A DNA stretch of 64,000 nt from Octopus vulgaris (GCA_951406725.2 OX597827.1:60016001-60080000), one strand, 5' to 3'; counted from the first letter of the stretch, positions 13,762 to 26,337 are shown. Program-made: numbers and translations. The notes: generated by a model from the letters alone, not told the origin.

Positions 13762-14270
13762 GTGGAGGCGCGTGGTTTAGTGGTTACAGTGTCAGCACCA
13801 TGATCGTAAGATTGTGGTTTCAATTCCTGGACCGGGCGACGCGTTGTGTTCTTGAGCAAAACACTTCATTTCACGTTGCTCCAGTCCACTCAGCTGCCAA
13901 AAATGAGTAACGCTGTGATGGACTGGCGTCCCGTCCAGCTGGGGTGCATATACACCATAGAAACCCGGAAACCGGGCCCATGATCCTGGCTAGGCTTTAA
14001 AAGGATGCATTTATTTGTGGAGGAACGTGGTTTAGTGGTTAGGGTGCCAGCACCATGATCGTAAGACTGTGGTCTCGATTCCTGAACCGGTGGACGCGTT
14101 GTGTTCTTGAGCAAAACACTTCATTTTCACGCTGCTCCAGTTCACTCAGCTGGTAAAAATGAGTAACGCTGCGATGGACTGGCGTCCCGTCCAGCTGGGG
14201 AACACATACGCCATGGAAATCGGGAAACCGGGCCCACGAGCCTGGCTAGGCTTTAAAAGGGCGCATTTAT
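13762..14270 (+). mobile_element. Head-to-tail dimer of CORE-type SINE (head C, tail type 3)
   Basis: Two ~253-bp units starting at 13762 and 14017, each with A/B boxes and a GATGGACTGGCGTCCCGTCCAGCTGGGG tail. Confidence 0.88.
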
Positions 14271-14390
14271 TTATTATTACGTATGTATGTATCTGTATGT
14301 GTGTGAGTGCGTATTGCATTTATGTATACATTGGTATATATGTATGTGTATACATGCAACTTTACATATATATTTGTTTGTGTGTGTGTG

Positions 14391-14434
<44 letters not shown>

Positions 14435-14984
14435 GCCGAATGGTTAAGTTCACTCGTAATCACAATAAGCCGATTCGATCCCACTGCTTGATATCTTAGG
14501 TAAATGCCACTTTCTTATAGCCTGAGGCCGACATTATACCCTGGGAGTGAAACTGGGTCTCGGAAACTGTAGAGAAGCCCGTGTGATGGTTTGTACTGAT
14601 GATTCGAAAACCGGTATAACTTTGTCCCAATTGTCTCGCGCTGATCCAATCTAACGATTACATGAAGGATAACACATGTGTCTGTGTGTCTGTGGTATAT
14701 TCAACCACTTACACATTAATTCAGCGAACAATTTTTTCAGTTGGTCGAACAGCTGAATCCTCGTCGTCGTCGAATAACAGGGATCCACTACCACCAAACA
14801 ACCCCACCACCACACACTACCACCACCACCACCACTACAACCTCCACTACCACCGGAACCACAATCCCACCACTTCCATCGTCGCCGCCACCACATAACC
14901 ATGACTTCCACCACTAACACCGCCATTGCTAATACCACCGCCACCACCACCACCACTATATATACATATATATATAAATATATA

Positions 14985-15422
14985 TTTAATGTAGGATAAA
15001 ATTTTTTAGAAAAAAAATCTTATCAATGGCCAGCATATTAAAAAATACCTTTAACGGTTAAAATTATAAACAACTTATAAGTAAGGGCAAACGAAAAAAT
15101 TCCTAATGCCAAATATGTCGAAAATGGAACATAATTGTCCATAACCATATAATTTTACCCAATACGCACGCTACTCGAAAAAAGCCGACAGAAATTTCTA
15201 AAAAATTCTATTATTACCATATCAGACCGATTTCAGGGTTAGTTCATAAGAACCCTCCCTTCGTCAGTGATAAATGTGGCAAAGAAATAAATGAAATACT
15301 TACTCATACCCATGGAAGAAGCAAAACACTTGGGTAAAATTATATGGTTATGGACAATTATGTCCAATTTTCGGCATATTTGGCATTAGAAATTTTTTCG
15401 TTTGCCCTTACTTATAAGTTGT
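14985..15422 (-). mobile_element. PLE pLTR-like element: ~93-bp inverted repeats (15070-15162 / 15330-15422) flanking a hammerhead
   Basis: Arms are near-perfect reverse complements; hammerhead in the spacer; flanked by (TA)n. Confidence 0.7.
15220..15272 (-). ncRNA. Minimal type I hammerhead ribozyme
   Basis: Minus strand: tatca CTGACGA aggg-agggtt...aa-ccct GAAA tcgg TC tgata. Confidence 0.75.
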
Positions 15423-15520
15423 ATATAAATATATATATATTTATAGAAATGAGAGTGTGGGCATGTGTGCATGTATGTGTGTGTGTGTGTGTGTGCATGT
15501 GTGTGCATCTGTGTGTGTGC

Positions 15521-15601
<81 letters not shown>

Positions 15602-16184
15602 TGTGTGTGTCTGTGTTCCTTTGTGTTTACAAATCATCTACTGTGAAATGTCACCACAACCGTATATAAAGATATATAGATATGTGTGTCTGTATGTGCA
15701 TGTTCTGTATGTGCGTGCGTGTGCGTGTATATATGTGTGTGTGTGTGTGTGTTCTTCTACATAAATCGTGTTCTATGTAATGTCGACCATTCATTCATTT
15801 ATTCCTTCCTTCCTTCATTTATTCTTCATGCTGTTATGTCGGATCACAATCCTACAGGTGAATGGTAGTCTTATTTATCCAGCTGAAAGCGGCCATATTG
15901 TCACAGGAAATAACATTGACGACCAGTTTAGCTTTCGTTTGGCTTTCGTTTGGTTATTAATTCTTCTATTTACTCCGCTTACCTATATTTGTATGTTATC
16001 TTTTCCTTTTAGGCTTTTACATTTGGTTTGCTTTATTGTGGGAGGAGGGGGTGGAGTATTTCATACTTTTTTTGTGTGTTTTCTGGTAGATTTTTTTTTC
16101 TGTTTCTTAACCTCCTCCTCCTTTTCATCCTCTTAATTGCTTCTCCCGTTCTCAACAACAACGCATACTTCAATTTTTTCGACG

Positions 16185-16239
<55 letters not shown>

Positions 16240-16260
16240 GTTGTTGTTGTTGTTGTTATA

Positions 16261-16633
16261 GGCGCTGAAGTAGCTGTGTGGTAAGTAGCTTGCTTACCAA
16301 CCACATGGTTCCGGGTTCAGTCCCTCAACGTGTCTTCTACTGTAGCCTCGGGCTGACCAAAGCCTCGTGAGTGGATTTGGTAGACGGAAACCGAAAGAAG
16401 CCCGTCGTATATATGTGTGTGTGTTTGTGTGTCTGTGTTTGTCCTGCCAACATCGCTTGACAACCGATACTGGTGTGTTTACGTCCCCGTAACTTAGCGG
16501 TTCGTCAAAAGCGACCGATAGAATAAGTACTAGGCTTACAAAGAATAAGTCCTGGGGTCGATTTGCTCTACTAACGGCGGTGCTCCAGCATAGCCGCAGT
16601 CAAATGACTGAAACAAGTAAAAGAGTAAAAGAG
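16261..16633 (+). mobile_element. SINE family A
   Basis: Full head to tail. Confidence 0.9.
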
Positions 16634-16886
16634 ATTATTATTATAATTTTTGTTGTTGTTGTTGTTGTTTTACTTTTCAGAGCTCTCAGTCTTACATGTT
16701 CGGGTTGATTCTTTAAGAACAGACAGCACAGAATCCCCTCCCGCAAATTATATGCTTTGGTTCCTGGATGTTAACTTACCGTGGAAGACACTCTGCACAC
16801 CCAAGCACCAATCTCAAAACACTAGCTGTCCCTAATAGAGCAGTGTTCTTGGCCTGCTCTGCCCTCATGTTACCTTAACGGGGTCT

Positions 16887-17111
16887 CTCTTTTTACTCTT
16901 TTTTCTTGTTTCAGTCATTTGACTGCGGCCATGCTGGAGCACCGCCTTTAGTCGAGTAAATCGACCCCGGGACTTATTCTTTGTAAGCCCAGTACTTATT
17001 CTATTGGTCTCTTTTGCCGAACCGCTAGGTGACGGGGACGTAAACACACCAGCATCGGTTGTCAAGCAATTCTAGGGGGACAAACACAGACACACAAACA
17101 TATACACATAC

Positions 17112-17167
<56 letters not shown>

Positions 17168-17328
17168 GACAGGCTTCTTTCAGTTTCCGTCTACCAAATC
17201 CACTCACAAGGCATTGGTCGGGCGGGGCTATAGCAGAAGACACTTGTCCAAGATGCCACGCAGTGGGACTGAACCCAGAACCATGTGGCTGGTAAGCAAG
17301 CTACTTACCACACAGCCACTCCTGCGCC
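16887..17328 (-). mobile_element. SINE family A
   Basis: Full head to tail; inverted relative to 16261-16633. Confidence 0.9.
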
Positions 17329-17515
17329 TTCTCAAAAAATAACATTCCATGACAGCTGTAGTCATCTTCTTAATCCATTTTGTTCTGGTAGCCGTAAAAT
17401 AACGGCTGGCTCATTATTTAAAAATGTGTCTGTATTTTTGTTTTTTTTTTGCCGATCTGTTTCTATTATTCTACCCGCTTCTGTCACTTTCAAAATTTCT
17501 TTTCATGTAACAGTA

Positions 17516-17658
17516 CAGTGATCCCTCGTTTATCGCGGTAGATTGGTTCCGAGACCGGCGGTGATAACTGAATTTCCGCGACGAAGGGACACCATATTTA
17601 CAGTATTTATTTAACGTGTATTTGGACTTTTAAAACCCTCCCTATACTGGTAACAACC
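17516..17658 (+). mobile_element. Tigger/pogo-like DNA transposon terminus
   Basis: TA followed by CAGTGATCCCTCGTTTATCGCGG, a typical Tigger-type TIR start; interrupted by a SINE at 17659; other TIR not found. Confidence 0.55.
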
Positions 17659-17877
17659 CAGCAGAAACGCTAGCACGCCGGGCGAAATGATTTGCGGTAT
17701 TTCGTCTGTCGTTACGTTCTGAGTTCAAATTCCCTCGAGGTCGACTTTGCCTTTCATCCTCTCGGGGTCGATAAATAAAGTACCGGTTTCGCACTGGGTC
17801 GATGTAATCGACTTAATCCCTTTGTCTGATCTTGTTTGCCCCCTCTATGTTTAGCCCCTTGTGGGCAGTAAAGAAAT
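17659..17877 (+). mobile_element. Nin-domain-like SINE family D
   Basis: GCAGAAACGCTAGCACGCCGGGCGAAATG...GTAAAGAAAT. Confidence 0.88.
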
Positions 17878-18317
17878 GTATTAATAACAAGGACAACTGT
17901 AAAGCAATAACACTTTAGATTTTTAAAAATAAAGATTGTTACGGTACTCAACACGAAAGAAGTTGAAGTAAAAGTTTTTTTTTCAGTATGACTTGTCGAC
18001 CACCACTGAAATTAATGAACCTTATACATTCTAACAAATTAATATACAGTTTTAATTTCAAACTTACATTTGTTTTGAACATGATATTTTATCAACATTG
18101 AAATATTTTAATTTAATTTTGATTTGTCCACATTGAAATTTATAACGATGTTTTTACACTTTTACCATCGATAAACAAAAAATATTGTTGAAACTTGTTT
18201 GGTACATATGTAAATAGATGTATTTTAAACATTCACGAGTTTTTGAAATTTGAGTGCATTTTCAGCAACACATTTTTCTATATATTTTTTCCTGCGTGGA
18301 AACACCACTCCCTCTTT

Positions 18318-18355
<38 letters not shown>

Positions 18356-19108
18356 GTATGTATATATACATCTATACATACACACGCCGTAACATTCTAA
18401 ACACTTCATATCTATTAAATATCTCACACAAAGGCGGAGTTACCATAGAAGATATTTCCTTAGTGTGCTATCCAGAGGGGATGAACCCGGGCGGTTCCGA
18501 CCACGCAGTTCCGATGCGCACTTCTTAAACACACACATCCGGGTATACGCTCTGTCACCTTAGGTGTGCTCTCACTCACCCCCCCTACCACGCCCTCTCA
18601 CTCTCATGCTTTCATTGTTTGTTTCTCCTCCAACGTCAATCTCTCAATTCAAGTTATGTGGATACGTGGTTGTACATGAATGAATCTGGATGTGATGTAT
18701 ATGTGGGCGTGTGCAGGTCAAAGTTCATTTCCTACTTTTAATCTTTACACCTCAACCTTTCTGTGTCATGTTATGTTATTTTAATTTCTCCTACCATTCA
18801 TGACACTCACACCAGCCAACCAACCAAACAACCAGCCAAACTCTTACTCCCGTATTTTAATTCCCTCTCACTCATTTATTTATTCTTTCTCTCTCTCTCT
18901 TCTCCCTCTTTCTCTCTCTTTTACTCTTTTACTTGTTTCAGTCATTTGACTGCGGCCATGCTGGAGCACCGCCTTTAGTCGAGCAAATCGACCCTAGGAC
19001 TTATTGTTTGTAAGCCTAGTACTTATTCTACCGGTCTTCTTTCAGTTACCGTCTACCAAATCCACTCACAAGGCTTTGGTCGGCCCAAGGCTATAGTATA
19101 TGATACTT

Positions 19109-19174
19109 GCCCAAGGTGCCACCTGTCTTCGTCTTTTGTATTTTGTGAATTCTCCCAAAATATATATATATATT

Positions 19175-19248
<74 letters not shown>

Positions 19249-19441
19249 TATCAGGCTTGCTAGTACGTGGTAGGTTGATGAAGACTCCCGTCCATCGAGT
19301 CCCCAGTTTGGGGGCAAAGGAATGGCCTGTAGATATACAGGTTAATTGCGAATACTCAATTCGCCCAAGGTGCCACCTGTCTTCGTCTTTTGTATTTTGT
19401 GAATTCTCCCAAAATATATATATATATTCAAATATATATAT

Positions 19442-19517
<76 letters not shown>

Positions 19518-19629
19518 TATCAGGCTTGCTAGTACGTGGTAGGTTGATGAAGACTCCCGTCCATCGAGTCCCCAGTTTGGGGGCAAAGGAATGGCCTGTA
19601 GATATACAGGTTAATTGCGAATACTCAAT
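19109..19629. repeat. Tandem duplication, 2 x ~255 bp
   Basis: 19109-19360 and 19363-19629 appear identical apart from the internal (TA)n tract. Confidence 0.9.
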
Positions 19630-20236
19630 AAGCAGTCCTAGGCAAAATCACAGGTTACCTTTTGGCAAAACATAGCACCCGTTACCTACCCAGTCAGGGT
19701 CACGATGAAATTCTGAAGCCCAGCAAAGAGCTGAAAAGCTACTATCAGTGGAAAGTAGGACAGTTCTAGGATCCGAAATGCAAGGCATAAAGAAACATTC
19801 TTTGCCTTTGCGTTTTTTGCCTCTTCGCAGAAACAATTGCACTTTCATGCATCTTGGTCTGGGAAACCCGTCAGATTGGCACTGCAATTATCTAGGCGAC
19901 CTGCGACCATAGACGAGTAATTAGCAATCGAACCGTTAATCCCGACACATTTTTTCTTTCATCCTTTTTTTCCAGCTCCCTCTCTCCATTTATTTATTTA
20001 TTTATTTTCCTTTCATTCCTTTCTGGCGAAGAACGTAGACTCGAAACATCAAATTTTTTTCCATTTTTCTCGAGCAACAAGCTAATACACCTGTTTGTTG
20101 TTCCCGCACATGTCTTTGTCTTCTGTTTTCTGTATATTTCAACCGTGTATGTGTGTGCGTGTTTGTGTGATCGCACACACACATATACACATTGACATAT
20201 ATACATATACAGACCTATGTATACTTCTCTCTCTGA

Positions 20237-20328
<92 letters not shown>

Positions 20329-20501
20329 TTATAAATTCAAATTACGATGAACGTAAACAAACAAACGACGTTTGGTATAGAAGCGTTGAGATGTCTTAGA
20401 AAGTTAAAGAAGTGATTTTAAATTCTCAAACGCAGGATAATGCTAATAATATAGCCTGAACAGGATAAGCTACCCCTATTTTGCAGAAAAATGTGTTGGC
20501 A

Positions 20502-20575
20502 GCCGGCTATGAGACTCGAACTCACACCTCCTTCATTACGCGTCGCGGTGCTCTGAACCATTAAGCTAAGTAGCC
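20502..20575 (-). pseudogene. tRNA-like sequence (pseudo-tRNA or isolated SINE head)
   Basis: GGCTACTTAGCTTAATGGTTCAGAGC...GTGAGTTCGAGTCTCAT; A and B boxes and T arm present, acceptor and anticodon stems defective. Confidence 0.6.
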
Positions 20576-20632
20576 AATGAAAACACACGCACTATATATT
20601 TAGTGTTCACTTACTTCAGCTTTATTTTCATA

Positions 20633-22365
20633 CTAGCAGTATAACCCGGCCTTGCCCGGGATTAAGTTACGATTATTAAGCTAATCAAGTTCTTTATTTC
20701 AAACCAAACTAAGTAATATCGACGTCAAATTTGGGCAAAATCCGTTGAAATTGGTTATATTATATATATTATATACATATTATATATATATTATATTTAT
20801 TATTATATATATAATATAATATAATATAATATAATATAATATAATATAATATAATATAATATAATATAATATAAATATACATGGGCAACAGACACGAACA
20901 CACATTTACGTACGTACACCTATTGCATGTTTTGTGCATGTTCATAAACAGAAATGAATGGAAAAATGTTGTTAAATTTGTAGATTAACACTCGCACGAT
21001 TTTCACTAAGAAAAATAATCGTTTTTCTTTTTTGCGTAGAATCAACTACTCTGGCCTCCTAATATGCTACAAAACCCTTTTTGTGGTCCGTGAAACGGAG
21101 TGGGTGTAGTGGAAGCCTCGGAAATTATACCCATTTATATTGTGCAATTCATTGACAAATTGCTACTCACCTCTTTGTTTCTTTGTTGTTAAATAAATGG
21201 ATAGTCAACAAAACACTTTTTTACTCGGCGTAAAATAAAAACAAAACTCTTTCGCACCCAAAGTAATGTGTGTGAGAGAGAGGGGGGAGAAAGATGAACG
21301 ATTTCAAATAAATAAATGATTTAAAATAAATATATTGTGATAGTTGTGTGAGAAAGTATATATACTATGATTATAAAATATTGTGTTTTTCAAAAACATC
21401 ATGAATTTGAACACTATATTTCGCGTTTAAGAAAAGACAAAACATTTTACATTTTATATTTTATAAACGTCGTCACTTACTCTCTCTCTCACTCTTACTT
21501 TGTCTTTTTTTTTCAAAAAATTTTCAAAAATTTTTGGGGAAAATATTCAATAAATATTTGAAAATGTTTTCAAAAACTTTGGGGAAAAATTTCGAAAAAT
21601 TTTTCAAAAGTTTTTCGGGAAAAGCTTCAAGAAATTTTCGGAAAATTTTGGGGAAAAATTTCAAAAAATTTTTCTAAAATTTTGGGGAAAATTTTCAACA
21701 AATTTTCAATAAATTTTTCAAAAGTTTTCGAGAAAATTTTCAAAAAATTTTTCAAAAATTTTTGGGGAAAATTTTCGAAAAATTTTTCAAAAATTTACTG
21801 GGAAAATTTTCAAAAAATTTTTCGAAAATTTTGGGGAAAATTTTCAAACAAGTTTTCGAGAAAATTTTGAAAAAATTTTTCGAAAATCTTTGGGGAAAAT
21901 TTACGAAAAATTTTTCAAAAATTTACTGGGAAAATTTTTTTTAATTTTTCTAAAATTTTGGGGAAAATTTTCAAAAAATTTTTCAAAAGTTTTCGAGAAA
22001 ATTTTCAAAAAATATTTCAAAAATTTTTGGGGAAAATTTACGAAAAATTTTTCAAAAATTTACTGGGAAAATTTTTTTTTAATTTTTCTAAAAGTTTGGG
22101 GAAAAATTTCAAAAAATTTTTCAAAAATGTTTGGGAAAATTTTCAAAACATTTTCAAAGAATTTTTCAAAAATTTTGAGGAAAATTTTCGAAAAATTTTT
22201 CAAAAGTTTTGGGAAATTTTTCAAAATTTTCTAAAATTTTTGCAGAAAATTTTCAAAACATTTTTCAAAAACTTTTGGGGAAAATTTACGAAAAATTTTT
22301 CAAAAATTAACTGGGAAATTTTTTTTTTAATTTTTCTAAAATTCTTGGGGAATTTAGTAAATAGA
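20633..22365 (-). mobile_element. Non-autonomous Helitron-like element with internal satellite
   Basis: Minus-strand 3' end CCCGG-GCAAGG-CCGGG hairpin, 8 nt, then CTAG|T; possible 5' TC start (TCTATTTACT) at 22365. Confidence 0.55.
21508..22352. repeat. A/T-tract satellite (AAAATTTTTCAAAAATTTTTGGGGAAAATTTTCG-type units)
   Basis: ~850 bp of 10-13-bp quasi-palindromic subunits. Confidence 0.9.
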
Positions 22366-22382
22366 AGGTGGATTTGGTTTTA

Positions 22383-22509
22383 AACTTTATTCTGTACTAC
22401 GTTCGTTTCGACCCGTCTTGCTATTGTTCTTTATGTGTTGGACTCTGTTCAACATGTGGTGTTGCATCTATTTTGCAGTCTGGGTCTCATCAGGTACATC
22501 CATAAAGTT
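22383..22509 (-). ncRNA. Type I hammerhead ribozyme with extended stem I and long stem II insert
   Basis: Minus strand: aactttat-gga-tgtac CTGATGA gaccc-(~66 nt)-gggtc GAAA cgaacg TA gtaca-ga-ataaagtt. Confidence 0.8.
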
Positions 22510-22765
22510 GTGTCTCTCTAAAGGTCTTGAGCGTCGGCTGCCATGTTGTTATATGCCCGTCTAACTAACAGAATTAAGTTTAATAGCAAATCCATCTTCT
22601 CGTTACTTAATATAATTAACCCCCACCTCTTGACACTGCGGAGTTTCCGAAGTAGAGCCTTAGAAAATATACCACGACTGTGGATAACAACAGGTAGCCT
22701 AAATTGTGCCAGTGCTCCACTCAACACTTAAACACACTAATCAACTGATAATAGTTGGTCCAATA

Positions 22766-22808
<43 letters not shown>

Positions 22809-22878
22809 GTTGCTGTTATTTATATAGGCATATATTAACACATATATATATATATACATACATACGTACATACATACA

Positions 22879-22914
<36 letters not shown>

Positions 22915-22915
<1 letters not shown>

Positions 22916-23349
22916 ATATTAATCAACTAAAACCAGTGGCTTAGCATATTTTTAAAAAATCCGAAGATTAAAAATTGTTTTACATACAAAATTTAGAGGA
23001 CTGACCACTAAAAGTGGACAGCCTATATGCTAAACATAGACGTCAAATCGCCATTACCTCGGTTGAGCGTTCTGTATCTAGATCTGGAAATTGTGTTTTA
23101 TAAACAACAGACTATGCTGATGATCTTGCAGATGTTTGCGTATCCATATACGTAAATATTAACAAGTGAAACCAATGTACATAGGTAATCGCTTTTTATT
23201 TCGTATATTTTCATTTGTCTTGCTCATTTATACATTTTGGCTTTTTGCTGAGATTTTTCTTGAGAACACATTTTTCGTGGTAATGGCGATTTGACGTCTA
23301 TGTTTAGCATATGGGCTGTCCAATTTTAGTGGTCAGTTCTCTAAATTTT
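22915..23349 (+). mobile_element. PLE pLTR-like element: ~71-bp inverted repeats (22988-23058 / 23279-23349) flanking a hammerhead
   Basis: Arms are reverse complements with few mismatches; both ends abut (TA)n. Confidence 0.7.
23112..23184 (+). ncRNA. Type I hammerhead ribozyme
   Basis: ctatg CTGATGA t-cttg-(internal hairpin)-caag-t GAAA c-caat-g TA catag. Confidence 0.7.
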
Positions 23350-23957
23350 ATATATATATATATACAATATGTATAATGATAGACTTCTTTCGGTTTCCAT
23401 CAACCAAATCCCCTCCCGATGCTTCGGTCAACCTGAGACTATAGATTGTTTTACGCATTGTCACGAAGCAGGACTGAACCCAGAACAATACTGTTGGAGG
23501 GCAAACTTCTTACCACGCAGCCACGCCCGCGCCTATTCACGATAATATTTTTGTTTCAGAAAATCCTGCGGGCCGCAGTTTGTTGTAAAACAATGTTATT
23601 CAATGTATCCTGCCGTTTGCAGAGCGATAAAACATGCTTTAAACGAGATTTGGATGTTATTTATAGCAGGTTTAGCGGCCATGTTGATGCTCGTTCGCGA
23701 TGGTATGATTAATGGTGCTGGTGGTGTCGGTTGTAGTAATGGTTGTGGAGCTGCTAGTGGTAGTGTGGTGGTATGATTTATGGCTGCGGTAATAGTTGTG
23801 GTGACGGTGGGGAGGAGTGTAATTAATAGCCAAAGGATGTAATTAATAGAAATGTTGTTTCTGCTGTTGATGAAGATGTTCGCGATGGCGGTGGTGATGG
23901 TCGTCGTCGTGGAAGTAGTGATGTTGTTGATGATGATGATGTTGATGATGATGATGT

Positions 23958-24010
<53 letters not shown>

Positions 24011-24788
24011 TTGGTGGTGATGGAGTTAGTGTGATGGTGGTGAGGTTGGTGGTGGCGGTAGCGGTGGTGATGGTGGTGTGGTAATGATGACGATGATGAC
24101 GATGTGGTGGCCGTTGGGAAAGGGCTGGCGGGGGTGGTGATGTTGCTGATGCTGGTGCTTCTGCTGCTGAAGATGATGACGTTGATGATGATGCTGATGA
24201 TGGTAACGCTGGTTGTTGGTGGGGGTGCAGGTGTTGTCTTTACTGTAGGCAATAACAAATGATGGTAGCAATGGAGTCCAGAGTATATTTAATAGTCTTG
24301 TTATTGTTGTTGTTGTTGGATTTGGTGGTGATGATGGTGTTGGCGTTGGTGGTGGCGGTTGTAGTGGCCGTTGTGATGGTGTTGGTGATGGCGGCGGTAA
24401 CACTTTATTTGATGGTAGTGGTGGTGGTGGTGGTGGTGGTGGTGGTGGTGATAGTGGTGCCGTCCTCGTCGTTGTGGCAGTAGTGTTGGCGGTGATGATA
24501 ATACAATTAATGTTGTTGATAATGGTGGTGGCAGTGGTGGTGATAGTAATTTTATTGTTGCTGTAACTATTGTTGTTATTGGTGGTGTTGGGGGTCATTG
24601 GGGGGGGGGTCATTGGGGGGGTCATGATATATTTAATGGTTTGTGAGTTGTGGCGCGGAGGTTATTGATGGTGATGAAGGCGCTGTTAGTAATAGTATAA
24701 TTAATGTTGGTGGTTGTTATAGTGATGAAAGTATAATTAATGGAACAAGCAAATTAGCTTGTTAGAAAATCCCTGTAAGAGAGGAGAG

Positions 24789-25246
24789 GTAATGCTTATC
24801 GCCATTTAAACATGACTGTTGCATAGGAATCGACGTTACTGCTATTTTTTAAGCCCGGGAGGACGCCTCCTCCGGCTGGTCATTCGATGCAATCTGTACC
24901 TGTTCTATATTGCAATCAGGGGAGTGAATCCCTACCATCTCCCAGTCACGATTGCATGAACAGTGACTGTGTGTCACTTGGATTTTTATGCATTGCGAGC
25001 TGCTGTGTACTGTTATTTCTAGCGGGCGAGTATCCACCTTGGAGGATGACCACAAAGCGGTCGAAACCGTACGGTCTGGTAGTCTCGTGAGTAGAAGATG
25101 GCAGGAATACTCTCCCCTGATTGCAATATAAAATGGGTGCAGATTGCATAGAGTGACCAACTGGAGGAGGCGTCCTCCTGGGGTTAAAAATAGCAATAAC
25201 GTCGGTTCCTACGGTACAGCTATGTTAAACTGGCGATAAACATTAC
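24789..25246 (+). mobile_element. Foldback element, ~160-bp inverted arms with hammerhead-like motif in the spacer
   Basis: Arms 24789-24951 / 25084-25246 (e.g. GGAGGACGCCTCCTCC / GGAGGAGGCGTCCTCC). Confidence 0.8.
25034..25080 (+). ncRNA. Hammerhead-like motif with degenerate 5' core
   Basis: cca-ccttggAGGA-t gacc-acaaagc-ggtc GAAA ccgtacgg TC tgg; palindromic stem III perfect, CUGANGA altered. Confidence 0.5.
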
Positions 25247-26113
25247 TTATAATTAATGGTATTTCATTGTTGTGGTAATGTAGTTTTATTCTGTTGTTGG
25301 TAATAATGATGTTGTAGTTGTTGTTGATAGTATTGGTAGTAGCAGTATAGGTAGTGATACTGGTATTGGTTGTAGTATTGGTAGTAGTATAGGTAGTGAT
25401 GGCTGTGATGGTGGTGGTGGTGGTGGTGGTGGTGGTGGTAGTGGTGGTGATGGTGGTGGTGGTAAGAATCATGTAGTTGTTGGTGGTGGTTGTAGTGATA
25501 TTGGTAATGATGGTTGTCATGGCGGTGATGGTTGTCATGGCGGTGATGGTTGTGGTGGTGGTATTGATGGTTGTATTAGTGGTGGTGGTGCTGCTGCTGC
25601 TGTTGGAGCTGGTGGTTCTGGTGGTACTAGTGGTAGTAACGATATTGGTAGTGAGATTGTGGTGGTGGTGGTGGTGGTGGTGGTGGTGGTGACGGTGGTG
25701 GTGGTGGTGGTGGTGGTGGTGACGGTGGTGGTGGTGGTGGTGGTGAGGTGGTGGTGGTGATGGTGGTGGTGGTGGTGGTGGTGGTGGTGGTGGTGGTGGT
25801 GGTGGTGGTGGTGGTGGTGGTGGTGACGGTGATGGTGGTGATGATGTTACAATTAGTGATAATTCTCTGGGTGGGAGTTAGGGTTAGTATAATAATGTTT
25901 ATCTGGTTATTTCTCATGGGCAAGGCGGAAGCCCACCCTGTGGTAGTCACCATGTGTGTACATTGATGGGTTTAACAGCAGAAGAAGCTTGTTGCCCACG
26001 CATACAGACACAAATACACGTTGTGGCTGAGGCTGTTGTTGTTGTTGAGGCTGATGAGGATGTCGACGACGACGACAACGACAACGAAGATGATGAGAAC
26101 GAGGAGGTGGATA

Positions 26114-26169
<56 letters not shown>

Positions 26170-26337
26170 GATGATGAAGATGATGATGATGGTGATGGAG
26201 ATGGTACAGTGATAATGATAATGACTATGCTATTGGTAACTTTGATGGTGATGATACTGATAATGGTGATGATGAGGAAGAGGAGGAGGAAGATGTTGTG
26301 GTGGGGGGTGGCAGGGGTAGGGGAGATTATTATTATT

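Noticed and set aside
14594-14622. CTGATGA-TTC-GAAA-ACCGGT motif
   Set aside because: No stem II and no stem I pairing
19537-19692. Hammerhead-like GGTAGG TTGATGA ... TA CCTACC
   Set aside because: GAAA missing and no closing stem II; too degenerate to call
20502-20575. Functional tRNA gene
   Set aside because: Acceptor and anticodon stems do not pair; kept only as a tRNA-like relic
21682-22383. Periodic FSKNF/KIF ORFs, superficially repeat-protein or CRISPR-like
   Set aside because: A/T satellite without unique spacers; eukaryotic context and no cas genes
23108-23132. DYADDL reverse-transcriptase-like motif
   Set aside because: No surrounding RT similarity; the bases are explained by the hammerhead stem I and core
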